Shown here: positions 8,383 to 17,900 of the stretch, piece after piece
How the letters are laid out: each line of letters starts with the position of its first letter
Position numbering within the stretch: the stretch's first letter is position 1
Assembly: GCA_963767925.1 (NCBI GenBank)
Contig: CAVYGB010000002.1
Location: 2,048,001 to 2,112,000, forward strand
Direction of reading: 5' to 3'
From: an uncultured delta proteobacterium
GTDB lineage: Bacteria; Myxococcota_A; Polyangia; Fen-1088
Length of the DNA: 64,000 nt
Made by a program: the position numbers and the translations under genes
Notes under the pieces: model-generated
What the model was told of the DNA's origin: nothing
The model's input: only the letters and a program-made list of their open reading frames with translations
Database searches by the model: none

Positions 8383-11300
8383 ATGCGACGTCTGGTCCTC
8401 TTCGGTGCAGCGGTGTTGACCGCGTCGGGCGTGGTTTCGTGCGGGCAGCCGGCCTTGCCCCCGCCCGCCGGCAGCGGCGCGGCCGCGCCGATCTCGCCCA
8501 GCCCGACGGTGCTCGCCCTGCAGGCGGGTGGCCTCGTGACCTCCAGCGATGCCGCCGGACGGCCGCGGTTCATCCGCGCCCTCGGCGGCCGCGCCGGCGT
8601 GTCGATCGCCGCCGTCGCCCCCGAGACCGCCGCCCGCGAGCACCTCGGCCGCTTCGCCGCCGCCTACGGCCTCGACGGCGCCGCCGCCGCCCGCATCGAG
8701 CCGGCCCGCACCGGCCGCACCCCGCGCGGCGACTACCTCGTGCGCATGCGCCAGCAGATCGACGGCCTCGAGGTGTACGGGACCGAGGTGAAGGTCGCCC
8801 TGCGCCCCGATATGTCCCTCGTCGCCCTGTCCGGGACGCCCTCCGACGTGAGCGGCCTGAAGGCCCAGGCCCCCTTCGCGCTCAGCCCGGGCCAGGCGCT
8901 GCAGGCCGCCCTCGAAGATCTGTACGGCGGCGGCCAGCCCCAGGGGGCCCCGGTGCCCGCCCGCGCCCCCCAGGCCGCGGCCGAGCCGGGACGGGCCGCC
9001 GACGTCTGGCTCGATCTGCCGGCCGGATCGGCGGTCCAGCTCCCCGAGCCGGCCCGCGCCCGCCCGGTCTATTACCGCAGCGGCGACGAGCTGGTGGCCG
9101 CCTACTTCGTCGAGTTTTACGCGAGCGTCGCGACCTCCACCACCTCCGACGCCTACCGCTACCTGATCGCCGCCGGCGACGGGCGCGTGCTCGAGCGCCA
9201 CGACCTCACCGCCGACGCCGCCTTCAACTACCGGGTGTTCGCCGACCCGGCCGGCGACTTTCGCCCGCTCGACGGGCCCATCGCCAACTTCACCCCCCAC
9301 CCGAGCGGCAAGCCCGACGGCAGCGACCCCGAGTTCATCGGATCAGCGCTCGTCGCGATCGAGTCGCTCAAGAGCAAGCCGGCCGGGGCCATCGACCCCT
9401 GGCTCTCCGGCGGCGCCGTGCAGACCCTCGGCAACAACGTCGACGCCTACGCCGACCTGTTCGCGCCCGACGGGTACTCGAACGGCGACCTGCGGGCCAC
9501 CACCACCGCCGTCCGCACCTTCGATCGGGCCTACGACGTGGCGCTGCCGCCCGGGTCCTCGGCCACCCAGACCATGGCCGCCACCACCAACCTGTTTTTC
9601 CTCATCAACTGGCTGCACGACTACTGGTACGACTCCGGCTTCGACGAGGCGGCGGGCAACGCCCAGACCTCCAACTTCGGACGCGGCGGCGCGGGCAACG
9701 ATGCCCTGCGGGCCGAGGCCCAGGACTCGGCCGGGTACAACAACGCCAACATGGCGACCCCCTCGGACGGGTTCGCCCCCCGCATGCAGATGTTCCTCTG
9801 GCGGGCCCCCCAGATCAGCCTGCTCACCATCCAGCCCGGCGCGGCCGACCTGACCAACGGGCAGGCCGCCTTCGGGCCCCAGGAGTTCGACGTCAGCGGC
9901 CAGGTGGTGCTGGCCAGCGACGGGACCGCGCCGATCAGCGACGGCTGCGAGCCGCTGACCGGCGACGTCGCCGGCCGCATCGTCCTGGTCGATCGGGGCC
10001 TGTGCAACTACACGCTCAAGGCCCAGCTCGCCGAGGCGGCGGGGGCCATCGCCGTCATCGTCGCCAACAACGTGCCGGGGGCCCCGCCCACCCTGACCAA
10101 CTCCATCCCGCCGCTGCCCATCGGCATCCCCGCCCTGAGCGTCAGCCAGGCCGACGGCGTCCGCCTCAAGGAGCTGCTGGCCAGCGAGGCCGGGCTGCGC
10201 GCCCGCCTGCTCCGGGACGTCAACGGGCCCGACCGCGACGGCTCGCTCGACAACATGATCGTCGCCCACGAGTGGGGGCACTACTTTCACCATCGCCTCA
10301 GCGAGTGCAGCGGCCAGCAGTGCGGCGCCATGAGCGAGGGCTGGGGCGACTTTTTGGCCCTGCACACGGCTCTGCGCGAGGGGGACGACCTCGACGGCAC
10401 CTTCGCCGCCGGCATCTACGGGCCGCGGGCCCTGGGCGACTCCGGCTACTTCGGCATCCGCCGCTTTCCTTATTCGGTCGACTTCAGCAAGAACGGCCTC
10501 ACGTTCAAGCACATCCAGAACGGGGTGCCCCTGCCGCCCGGTCCGATCAACGGCGGTGGCGGCGGCAACTCCGGGGTGCACAACTCCGGCGAGGTCTGGT
10601 GCTCGATGTTGCTCGAGGCCTACGTGGGCCTGCACAAGCAGCCGCGCTCGCGCCCCTTCGCCGCCATCCGCCGGGCTTACGCCGACTACCTGGTGCTGGG
10701 GCTGCAGCTCGCCCCCCGCAACGCCACCTTCACCGAGACCCGCGACGCCATCCTCACCGCCATCGACATGACCGATCCCGCCGATCTGGAGCCGGTGGCC
10801 GCCGGCTTCGCCCGCCGCGGCGCGGGGAGCTGCGCCGTGGCCCCCCCGCGCGAGGTCAGCGGCAGCCTGGCGCCGGTGAGCGAGAGCTTCGGCGTGCAGC
10901 CCGGCCTGACCATCCAGTCGGTCGCCATCGACGACGCCGCCACCACCTGCGACGGCGACGGCATCCTCGACGTCGGCGAGCTGGGGCGGGTCCAGGTCGC
11001 GGTCGCCAACCCCGGGCCGATCGCCCTCACCGGCACCACCCTGACCTTCACCACCCCCGCGGCAGGGGTGACCTTCCCGGCGGGGCCCAGCCTCACCCTC
11101 GACGCCGTCCCCCCCTACGGCAGCGCGACCGTCACCCTCCCCATCGCCCTCGACCCGTCGGTCAGCGAGGCGAGCAGCCTGGTCCTGACCGTCGCCGCCA
11201 GCAACCCCTCCGCCTGCACCCCCTCGGTCAGCGAGCTGCGGGCGGCCCTCCTGCACGCCGACGAGAAGGTCGAGGCGACCGCCAGTGACGGGGTGGAGGC

Positions 11301-11874
11301 CTCCGCCTCCCCCTGGGCCCGGGCCGGCGCCGGCGCCGACGGGCTCTGGTCGCGCGCGACGTCCCCCGACGGCAACCACGCCTGGAGCGGCGCCGCCAGC
11401 GGCGGCCTGTCGGACACCCAGCTCGTGTCGCCGCCCCTGAAGGTGAGCGCCAGCGGCGACTTCCGGGTCGCCTTCGACCACGCGTTCACCTTCGAGGCCA
11501 CCGCGGCGAACCTCTGGGACGGCGGCGTCATCGAGCTGAGCACCGACGACGGCGCCACCTGGCGCGACGTCGCCACCCTGGCCGACCCGGGCTACACCGG
11601 CATCTTGCGCCCCCAGGCGGGCAACGTGCTGGCCGGGCGCCCGGTCTACGGCGGCAACAGCGCCTCTTACCCGGCGTTCGATCACGTGACCCTCGACTTC
11701 GGCACCGCCCTGGCGGGGCAGATCGTCCGCCTGCGCTTCCGCATCGGGACCGACGCCGCCCTCGGCGGCCCCGGCTGGACCCTCGACAACTTCGCCGTCC
11801 AGGGGATCGACAACCTCCCGTTCACCGCGGTCGTCACCCAGGCCGGCGCCTGCCCGGCCCCTCCGATCGAATAG
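8383..11874 (+). CDS. M36 (fungalysin) family zinc metalloprotease lipoprotein with propeptide, PA insert and C-terminal beta-sandwich domains
   Basis: GGAGG before ATG 8383, lipobox VVSC. Motifs TLGNNVDAY, GFDEAAGNAQ, NNANMATPSDG..PRMQMFLW, PA domain (IVLVDRGLC), AHEWGH, MSEGWGDF, GIRRFPYS, VHNSGEVW. Confidence 0.9.
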   Translation: MRRLVLFGAAVLTASGVVSCGQPALPPPAGSGAAAPISPSPTVLALQAGGLVTSSDAAGRPRFIRALGGRAGVSIAAVAPETAAREHLGRFAAAYGLDGAAAARIEPARTGRTPRGDYLVRMRQQIDGLEVYGTEVKVALRPDMSLVALSGTPSDVSGLKAQAPFALSPGQALQAALEDLYGGGQPQGAPVPARAPQAAAEPGRAADVWLDLPAGSAVQLPEPARARPVYYRSGDELVAAYFVEFYASVATSTTSDAYRYLIAAGDGRVLERHDLTADAAFNYRVFADPAGDFRPLDGPIANFTPHPSGKPDGSDPEFIGSALVAIESLKSKPAGAIDPWLSGGAVQTLGNNVDAYADLFAPDGYSNGDLRATTTAVRTFDRAYDVALPPGSSATQTMAATTNLFFLINWLHDYWYDSGFDEAAGNAQTSNFGRGGAGNDALRAEAQDSAGYNNANMATPSDGFAPRMQMFLWRAPQISLLTIQPGAADLTNGQAAFGPQEFDVSGQVVLASDGTAPISDGCEPLTGDVAGRIVLVDRGLCNYTLKAQLAEAAGAIAVIVANNVPGAPPTLTNSIPPLPIGIPALSVSQADGVRLKELLASEAGLRARLLRDVNGPDRDGSLDNMIVAHEWGHYFHHRLSECSGQQCGAMSEGWGDFLALHTALREGDDLDGTFAAGIYGPRALGDSGYFGIRRFPYSVDFSKNGLTFKHIQNGVPLPPGPINGGGGGNSGVHNSGEVWCSMLLEAYVGLHKQPRSRPFAAIRRAYADYLVLGLQLAPRNATFTETRDAILTAIDMTDPADLEPVAAGFARRGAGSCAVAPPREVSGSLAPVSESFGVQPGLTIQSVAIDDAATTCDGDGILDVGELGRVQVAVANPGPIALTGTTLTFTTPAAGVTFPAGPSLTLDAVPPYGSATVTLPIALDPSVSEASSLVLTVAASNPSACTPSVSELRAALLHADEKVEATASDGVEASASPWARAGAGADGLWSRATSPDGNHAWSGAASGGLSDTQLVSPPLKVSASGDFRVAFDHAFTFEATAANLWDGGVIELSTDDGATWRDVATLADPGYTGILRPQAGNVLAGRPVYGGNSASYPAFDHVTLDFGTALAGQIVRLRFRIGTDAALGGPGWTLDNFAVQGIDNLPFTAVVTQAGACPAPPIE

Positions 11875-11889
11875 GCTCCCGGGCAGCCC

Positions 11890-12087
11890 GTGCTGCCGTT
11901 CCCCGACAGCCTCTGCCACCGCTGCGAGGCCCACCGACAGGTGCGCACGAAGACCTCCCTCTTCGTGATGTGCACGGCCCTGCCCGTGAAGTACCCCCGC
12001 CAGCCGGTCCTCCACTGCGCCGCATTCCGCCCCGCTCCCACCGGGGCCAGCGACCCGCCGCCCCGTGACGACGACCCGCCCGACTAG
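11890..12087 (+). CDS. Small Cys-rich, putative zinc-binding protein
   Basis: SLCHRC...FVMC...KYPRQPVLHC gives four spaced Cys. GC-type codon usage, directly downstream of the M36 gene. Confidence 0.6.
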   Translation: MLPFPDSLCHRCEAHRQVRTKTSLFVMCTALPVKYPRQPVLHCAAFRPAPTGASDPPPRDDDPPD

Positions 12088-12121
12088 AGAGCTCCGGGCG
12101 GTCTGACCACTGCCTGCGCGA

Positions 12122-12164
12122 CCGGGGAACGTCGTTCCGTCCGAGGTCACGCCGGGATCAGTGA
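12122..12164 (+). promoter_or_regulatory. Conserved upstream motif, copy 1 (GGAAC-N3-GTTCC plus TCAC-N10-GTGA)
   Basis: CCGGGGAACGTCGTTCCGTCCGAGGTCACGCCGGGATCAGTGA aligns with 12791-12835. Both copies lie upstream of redox genes. Confidence 0.55.
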
Positions 12165-12209
12165 GACACAGGCGGCCTGGCCGCCGTCCCGCTGACCGGA
12201 GGAAGGACC

Positions 12210-12257
12210 ATGCCGAACGCCACCCTCTCGCTGCTGCTGCTGCCGGAGGGGCGATGA
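12210..12257 (+). CDS. 15-aa leader ORF (MPNATLSLLLLPEGR) overlapping the OsmC start
   Basis: Strong GGAGGAAGG Shine-Dalgarno. The stop overlaps the next ATG (ATGA). Confidence 0.4.
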   Translation: MPNATLSLLLLPEGR

Positions 12258-12775
12258 CCGCGGCGGAGCTGCGGGACCTCCACGACCGGCGCTCGCGCGC
12301 CATGTTGCGGAGACCCAGCTTCGCCGCCGGCAGCGGCCACGCCCAGGTTCGCCACCTCGACGGCCTCCGCTACGAGGTCGTCCACGACGGCCGCAGCCTG
12401 GTCGTCGATCTCCCCCCCGAAGACGGGGGCAGCGGCAGCGCCGCCTATCCCGGGCAGCTCCTGCGCGCCAGCGTGGGGGCTTGCCTGGCGATGGGCTATC
12501 AGCTCTGGTCGGCCCGCCTCGACATCCCCATCGATCGGGTGGACGTCGAGCTGTACTGCGAATACGACGCCCGCGGGCAGCTCGGCCTGTCCGAGGAGGT
12601 CCCCGTCGGCTGGCGCCGGATCGACGTCTCCGTCACCGTGTACAGCGCCGCGCCGGCGAGCGAGATCCAGCGCCTGATCGCGCACGCCAACCGGCTGAGC
12701 CCGATGCTCGCCAACCTCTCGCGCGACATCCAGCAGGTGCACCACCTGACCGTCGTCGCGCCCCCGGCCCGCTGA
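12254..12775 (+). CDS. OsmC/Ohr-family protein
   Basis: VDLPPEDGGSGSAAYPGQLLRASVGACL, YDARGQLG, SPML. GGAGGGG before ATG. Confidence 0.8.
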   Translation: MTAAELRDLHDRRSRAMLRRPSFAAGSGHAQVRHLDGLRYEVVHDGRSLVVDLPPEDGGSGSAAYPGQLLRASVGACLAMGYQLWSARLDIPIDRVDVELYCEYDARGQLGLSEEVPVGWRRIDVSVTVYSAAPASEIQRLIAHANRLSPMLANLSRDIQQVHHLTVVAPPAR

Positions 12776-12790
12776 GCGCCGGCCGCTCTC

Positions 12791-12835
12791 CCGGGGAACG
12801 GAACGTTCCCTCGCCCGTCACGCCTGGATCGGTGA
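12791..12835 (+). promoter_or_regulatory. Conserved upstream motif, copy 2
   Basis: CCGGGGAACGGAACGTTCCCTCGCCCGTCACGCCTGGATCGGTGA, similar to 12122-12164. Confidence 0.55.
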
Positions 12836-12902
12836 AGGCCCGCTGAAACCGACCGGGCCAGTCGGAACCCGCGAGGGCTCTGCAAAAAGAAAGGCAGTTA
12901 CC

Positions 12903-13835
12903 ATGAAAACCAAGACCAAGACCAAGACCCTGACCCTGTCGCTCCTCGTGCTACTCGCCGGCTCCGCCCGTGCCGTCGCCCAGGAAGGCAACCCCGCCGC
13001 CGCCGCCGCCCGCGCCGACATCCAGAAGACGTTTGGCTTCCAGCCGCAGTTCCTGCTCGCCTTCCCCGAGGCCGCCCTGCCGGGCGCCTGGGAGCAGATG
13101 AAGACCTTGCAGATGAACCCGGCGACGGCCCTGCCGGGCAAGGTCAAGGAGGCCATCGGCCTGGCGGTGGCCTCGCAGGTCCCTTGCCGCTACTGCGTCG
13201 TCGCCCACACCGACATCGGCAAGCTCAACGGCGCCAGCCAGACCGAGCTGGGCGAGGCGGTCGCGATGGCGGCCCTCACCCGACAGTGGAGCACCTTCCT
13301 CAACGGCATCCAGACCGACGAGGCCAAGTTCCGCGGCGAGGTCGCCCAGATCATCGACAGCGTGAAGCGCGCCGTGGCCAGCAAGGCCCCGGCTCCCCAG
13401 CCGGTCGAGGTCGTCGACGGGGCCAGCGCCCTGCGCGACGCGACCCAGACCCTCGGCTACGTTCCGGAGTTCCTGCGCCGCTTCCCGGATGTGGCCCGGG
13501 CGGGGGCCTGGCGCTCGCTGCGCGACGTGCAGCTCAGCCCGAAGACGGCCCTGTCCGGCAAGCACAAGGAGCTCATCGGCCTGGCGGTGGCTTCGCAGGT
13601 CCCCTGTCGCTACTGCATCATCGCCCACACCGAGTTCGCTCGGCTCAACGGCGCCACCGACAAGGAGATCGACGAGGCGGTCGCCATGGCCTCGCTGACC
13701 CGCAACCTCAGCACGCTCCTCAACGGGATGCAGGTGGACGAGGGGCAGTTCCGGCGCGACGTCGCCCGCATCGTCAAGGGCGCGCAGGCCGCCCAGAAGA
13801 AGGCGCGGACGACCGCCGAAGCTGCGGCGCGCTAG
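12903..13835 (+). CDS. Tandem-domain carboxymuconolactone decarboxylase/AhpD-family protein with signal peptide
   Basis: Two internal repeats KE.IGLAVASQVPCRYC..AHT (AhpD CxxC-H). N-terminal Lys-rich plus hydrophobic signal ending ARAVA-Q. GAAAGG Shine-Dalgarno. Confidence 0.9.
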   Translation: MKTKTKTKTLTLSLLVLLAGSARAVAQEGNPAAAAARADIQKTFGFQPQFLLAFPEAALPGAWEQMKTLQMNPATALPGKVKEAIGLAVASQVPCRYCVVAHTDIGKLNGASQTELGEAVAMAALTRQWSTFLNGIQTDEAKFRGEVAQIIDSVKRAVASKAPAPQPVEVVDGASALRDATQTLGYVPEFLRRFPDVARAGAWRSLRDVQLSPKTALSGKHKELIGLAVASQVPCRYCIIAHTEFARLNGATDKEIDEAVAMASLTRNLSTLLNGMQVDEGQFRRDVARIVKGAQAAQKKARTTAEAAAR

Positions 13836-14137
13836 CACGGACGTCCGACGCACGCCCGACATCGTCGCCGAAACCGGCGACCCTCCTCGAGAAAACGGAA
13901 GGCCAGGCTCGCTCTTCGCCACTCCGGTCAGGTCCTGTCGAGGCACCTGGTCCGGCTGGGCGGGGGGCGAGCCTGGTCTTAGGTGTTGTGCCCTGTACGT
14001 CCCCGTAGACAGAGCGGACGTTACCGAATAGACTTTGTCCCGTCCTTTCTCGTCTGGTTCCCCGTCCCCTTGGCAGTCTCGGTTCTGACGACTTGCAGGA
14101 GCCACGGTGACCGTGCAGTGAGGACCAGGAGAAGAAC

Positions 14138-14506
14138 GTGGGAAAGAGACTGTACGTTGGCAATCTTGCCTATAGCGTGTCCGAGGCTGAGCTCCGGGAT
14201 CTGTTCGCCGAGTTCGGTGACGTCGCTGAAGTAAAGGTCGTGCTCGATCGCGACACGGGCCGGCCGCGTGGCTTCGCCTTTGTCGAGATGGGAAGCGATG
14301 GCGACGCGGCTCAGGCCATGTCGAGCCTGAACGGCCGTGAGCTTCAGGGCCGTTCGCTGAACATCAAGGAGGCGCAAGAGCGCAGCCCTGGTGGCCGTGG
14401 CGGCGGTGGTGGCGGTGGTGGCTGGAGTGGTGGCGGCGGTGGTGGTGGCGGCGGCGGCGGCGGCCGCGGTGGTCGCGGCGGCGGCGGCGGCGGCGGCCGC
14501 TGGTAG
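14138..14506 (+). CDS. RRM RNA-binding protein with glycine-rich tail
   Basis: RNP2 LYVGNL, RNP1 RGFAFVEM, DRDTGRPRG, poly-Gly/RGG C-terminus. Confidence 0.95.
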   Translation: MGKRLYVGNLAYSVSEAELRDLFAEFGDVAEVKVVLDRDTGRPRGFAFVEMGSDGDAAQAMSSLNGRELQGRSLNIKEAQERSPGGRGGGGGGGGWSGGGGGGGGGGGGRGGRGGGGGGGRW

Positions 14507-14682
14507 CAGCGACCCCCCGTCGATCCGAAAACGGCGCTGGCTGAAGCGCCTTGACGTCCGCACGTGCGGACGAGAGCACTTGTTGCCCTCGTCCGCCTGC
14601 GGCCGCAGCTTGACCCGCGAGCGGACGCAGGCGTTCGCTTGCTGCGGTAGAGGTGCGAGCAACCTCCGGGTAGCACGGATCC

Positions 14683-16023
14683 ATGTCTCCGCCTGATGTG
14701 CACCTGGCTCCCGTCAACGAACCGCCGGACGCGGGCCTGGGTACTCCTGACCGCGGCGGCAGCGCCCACGCGCTCGATACGCTGAAATACGCTCTGCTAG
14801 CGGCAGCTGCGCTCGCTGGCCTGGCCATCGCCGGGTCTCAGCTCGGCCTCCGCTGGAGCGTCCGGATCTCGCTCACCATCTGGGTGGGCGTGGTGGCGGT
14901 ACGCCTGCTCCCCGGGCGGGCGCACCTGCTGGCAGGTCTGACCGGCGTGGCCGTGCTGGCCCAGTGGACAGCCCTGCGCTACGCCGCCTACCACCTGATG
15001 TTGATCGGCGCGGCCTACGCCTTGCGCCGGCGACCGCTGTTGCTGCTCGCCCTCGCGGTGCTCGGGGTGTTCCTGATCCCGAAGGAGCTGTTCCGGCTCT
15101 TTTACCACTGGCAGTTCTTCCACGACTGGCTGAGCCCCTTCCTGCTCGCCCACTTCTTGCTGGTGCTCGCGTACTGGTGGCGGGAGGACCGGCGCAAGGT
15201 CGTGCCCGACCCCTCGTTCAGCGACTGGCTCGTGCTGTTCCTGTTCCCGAGCCACCCGATGAACCCGATCAACTTCGCGCCCAGCCACCTGTGGCGGCCG
15301 CGGACCGCGGTCGCGCGCGACGTGCTCGAGACCCTGCTGCTGGTGGCGAGCAAGGCGCTGGCCCTGCTGGTGCTTTTCCGCCTGCTGCCCGGCCAGCGCC
15401 TGTGGGACCGCAACCTGGCCGACCTTCAGGGGGCCTCCTGGGGAGGGCTCTGGCTGTCGGTGGGGTACGGCTACCTCTCCGTCGCCCTCACCCTGTCGGG
15501 GACCTCCGACCTGGTGGTGGTCATCGCGCGCCTGTTCGGCTGGCGCCTGGCCCACCCCTTTCGCTGGGCCCTGCTGGCCTGGAACCCGGTCGAGCTCTGG
15601 CGCCGCTGGGCCATCTACAACCGGCGGCTGCTGCTCACCCTGGTCTACTTCCCGCTCGGCGGCAGCGAGCGGCGCCGCACCCTCAACGTGCTCCTCACCT
15701 TCCTGGCCAGCGGCCTGGTCCTGCACAGCGGCTGGGTCGGCTCCAAGTTCTGGGAGCTGGGCGCCGGCGGCTGGCGCGATCAGACCGTTTACTTCCTGGT
15801 CCAGGGCCTCGCCGTCTGCGCCTGCCTGTGGTACTGGCGCCTGCGGGGCAAGGACCCCCGCGCCGACCGCGACCTGCGCTGGTCCCCGGTCCGCGTCCTT
15901 TGCACCCTGGCCACCCAGGCCTTCTCCGCATGGGTCCACGTCCTCGTCATGGCCCCCCAGATCGGCTGGTCCGACCGCTGGCGCCTGATGGCCCGCTGCC
16001 TCGGCCTCGCCTGGCTATTCTGA
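14683..16023 (+). CDS. MBOAT-family membrane-bound O-acyltransferase
   Basis: Multi-pass membrane protein with LLAWNPVELWRRW...LVYFPLGG and TFLASGLVLH (catalytic His region). Confidence 0.75.
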   Translation: MSPPDVHLAPVNEPPDAGLGTPDRGGSAHALDTLKYALLAAAALAGLAIAGSQLGLRWSVRISLTIWVGVVAVRLLPGRAHLLAGLTGVAVLAQWTALRYAAYHLMLIGAAYALRRRPLLLLALAVLGVFLIPKELFRLFYHWQFFHDWLSPFLLAHFLLVLAYWWREDRRKVVPDPSFSDWLVLFLFPSHPMNPINFAPSHLWRPRTAVARDVLETLLLVASKALALLVLFRLLPGQRLWDRNLADLQGASWGGLWLSVGYGYLSVALTLSGTSDLVVVIARLFGWRLAHPFRWALLAWNPVELWRRWAIYNRRLLLTLVYFPLGGSERRRTLNVLLTFLASGLVLHSGWVGSKFWELGAGGWRDQTVYFLVQGLAVCACLWYWRLRGKDPRADRDLRWSPVRVLCTLATQAFSAWVHVLVMAPQIGWSDRWRLMARCLGLAWLF

Positions 16024-16062
16024 GCGACCCCTTAGATTGGGAGCCTGTTTCAGAAAGAGCCG

Positions 16063-16087
16063 GGTTCCCTCGCTGCGCTCGGGCCCG
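16063..16087. repeat. Short dispersed repeat, copy 1 (MITE/REP-like)
   Basis: GGTTCCCTCGCTGCGCTCGGGCCCG matches the reverse complement of 62025-62049 with one mismatch. Confidence 0.55.
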
Positions 16088-16088
16088 G

Positions 16089-17153
16089 CTACCGCAAGCG
16101 GATGTCGGCCAGGACCGCGAGGTGGTCGGAGGACCGGTCGGGGAGCACCTCGAAGCGGCGGACCGTCAGGCGGTGGTCGACGAGGATGCGATCGATGCGC
16201 ATCCAGGGGCGGTTGGCCGGGTAGGTGTACCCGAAGCCGCGGCCCACCTCGGCGAATCCGTCGCTGAACCGGCCCAGCGAGCGCCGGAGGATCCAGCTCC
16301 CCTCGGGCAAGTTGGTGTCCCCCGCGATCACGGTGGGGTGGGGGGACCGGTCGGCCTCGATCACGATCTCCTCGATCTGTCGCTGCCGCAGGAACGAGTT
16401 GGCCTGCATCACCGAGATCCCCTCCGAGCTGGCGAAGCGCCCCTGCCGCAACCCTTGCAAGAGCCCGTCGCCTCGCGCCTCCTCCAGCCCGTTGCGGGGC
16501 GACACCGGATGCACGTTGATGACGTGCAGGGGCCCGAGCGGCGTCTTGAGCCGGTAGCGCACGAAGCGCGACGAGCGGGGCGCCGAGTTCGGGATCGCGA
16601 TCTGCGGTGGCAGGTAGACGTCTTCGATGGGGAAGCGGCTGGCGATGGCGAACTGGCCGGCGTTGTGGCGGGCGAAGTCGGCCAGCTCCTTCTCCAGCGC
16701 CGCCTGCAGGCTCTCGGTGTGCTCCTGGATGAGGACGATGTCGGGCCGGGCGGTCCGGATGGTGTTCAGCACCTCGGTCGGGTCGTCGGTGGAGGCGACG
16801 TTGTAGCTGAGGACGCGCAGGGTCCCCCGCTCGGTGGAGCTGTCGGCGAACAGGTTGACCCGGGCCCCCATGAGAGGGAACAGCAGGACCGCCAGGTACA
16901 CCGGCAGGAGCAGCAGCAGCCGGCGCGGCCCGAACAGCACCAGGGCCAGCAGCACGAAGGGCAGGGGCAGCGCGAACCCCCAGCGCGGCAGGTAGAGCAG
17001 CACCGTCGTGATCCACCAGCGCTCGCCGACCAGGGGGAAGGCCAGCGCCACCGCGAGCAACCCCAGCAGGTAGCCACCGGCCAGGAGGGCGGCCATCCAG
17101 CGCATCAGCCGCTGGGCCAGCCCGACCGGGGGAGATTTCGATGACCAGAACAT
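16089..17153 (-). CDS. Endonuclease/exonuclease/phosphatase (EEP) family protein with N-terminal membrane anchor
   Basis: LRVLSYNV, DIVLIQE, IAGDTN, RIDRIL, SDHLAV. Three N-terminal hydrophobic helices. Confidence 0.88.
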   Translation of the reverse strand: MFWSSKSPPVGLAQRLMRWMAALLAGGYLLGLLAVALAFPLVGERWWITTVLLYLPRWGFALPLPFVLLALVLFGPRRLLLLLPVYLAVLLFPLMGARVNLFADSSTERGTLRVLSYNVASTDDPTEVLNTIRTARPDIVLIQEHTESLQAALEKELADFARHNAGQFAIASRFPIEDVYLPPQIAIPNSAPRSSRFVRYRLKTPLGPLHVINVHPVSPRNGLEEARGDGLLQGLRQGRFASSEGISVMQANSFLRQRQIEEIVIEADRSPHPTVIAGDTNLPEGSWILRRSLGRFSDGFAEVGRGFGYTYPANRPWMRIDRILVDHRLTVRRFEVLPDRSSDHLAVLADIRLR

Positions 17154-17306
17154 CACGGTGAGAGAGACGGCGAAGCGCCAGCAAGGAATATTAGCCGAAG
17201 GCCGCCGCTGCGCCGGACCCGCTCGGGTATCATCGTCTGTCTTTTCCTCGGTCTGTCCTCTGCCCCTCGTCTGTCATTTTTTTCCCGGCGGAGGAGCTCG
17301 GCGGCC

Positions 17307-17852
17307 TCAACGATCTAACAGGAGCGTTCCAAGGTGACGAGATGTAGGCAGAAGCTCGACCAGGGCAGAAAGCTCGCGCTCGCGGGTGCGGCCGGCCACC
17401 GCCGCCGACACGAACGCATCGGGGACCTCCAGCACCTCCCGCACCTCCGGCAGGAACCCCGTCAGATCGAGCAGCAGGTGGCCGAAGCCGGCCCGGGCCC
17501 GGTCGACGACCCGCCCCAGATTGGTGGCGGCGTCGTGCCAGGTGGTGGCGGCGGGCACGACCAGCTCGGCGAGGCCGTTGCTCCCCTCGACCTCGCGCAC
17601 CTCGAAGTTGCCGTCGAGGGTGGGGGCCTGCGGCTGCGCCTCGCTGGGCGACCACAGGTCGTGCGCCCGCACCAGGCCGAGGCGGCTGCCCGCCACCTTG
17701 TGCAGGGCCCGCCCCAGCCGCAGCAGCACCGGCCAGGTCGCGACGGCGGCGCTCACCGGCACGAAGGCCACCACCGCGGCGTTGGTGATCAGGATCTTGC
17801 GGGCGACCGCCACGTCTTCGGTCGAAGGGCCGCTGGCGGGCGCGCGGGACAC
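17307..17852 (-). CDS. Putative degenerate BY-kinase-like (pseudokinase) polysaccharide-export partner
   Basis: Ends with HLLLDLTG...DAFVSAAVAGRTRE.EL...HLGTLLLD, resembling the C-terminal half of CpsD/Wzc kinases, but has no Walker A. Sits in a polysaccharide locus. Confidence 0.45.
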   Translation of the reverse strand: MSRAPASGPSTEDVAVARKILITNAAVVAFVPVSAAVATWPVLLRLGRALHKVAGSRLGLVRAHDLWSPSEAQPQAPTLDGNFEVREVEGSNGLAELVVPAATTWHDAATNLGRVVDRARAGFGHLLLDLTGFLPEVREVLEVPDAFVSAAVAGRTRERELSALVELLPTSRHLGTLLLDR

Positions 17853-17900
17853 GCCCTCACCCTATCGCAGCCCTCGCCGAAAACAACCGCCACCCGGCTG

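Noticed and set aside
14390..14503. GGC/GGT microsatellite
   Set aside because: It simply encodes the glycine-rich tail of the RRM protein.
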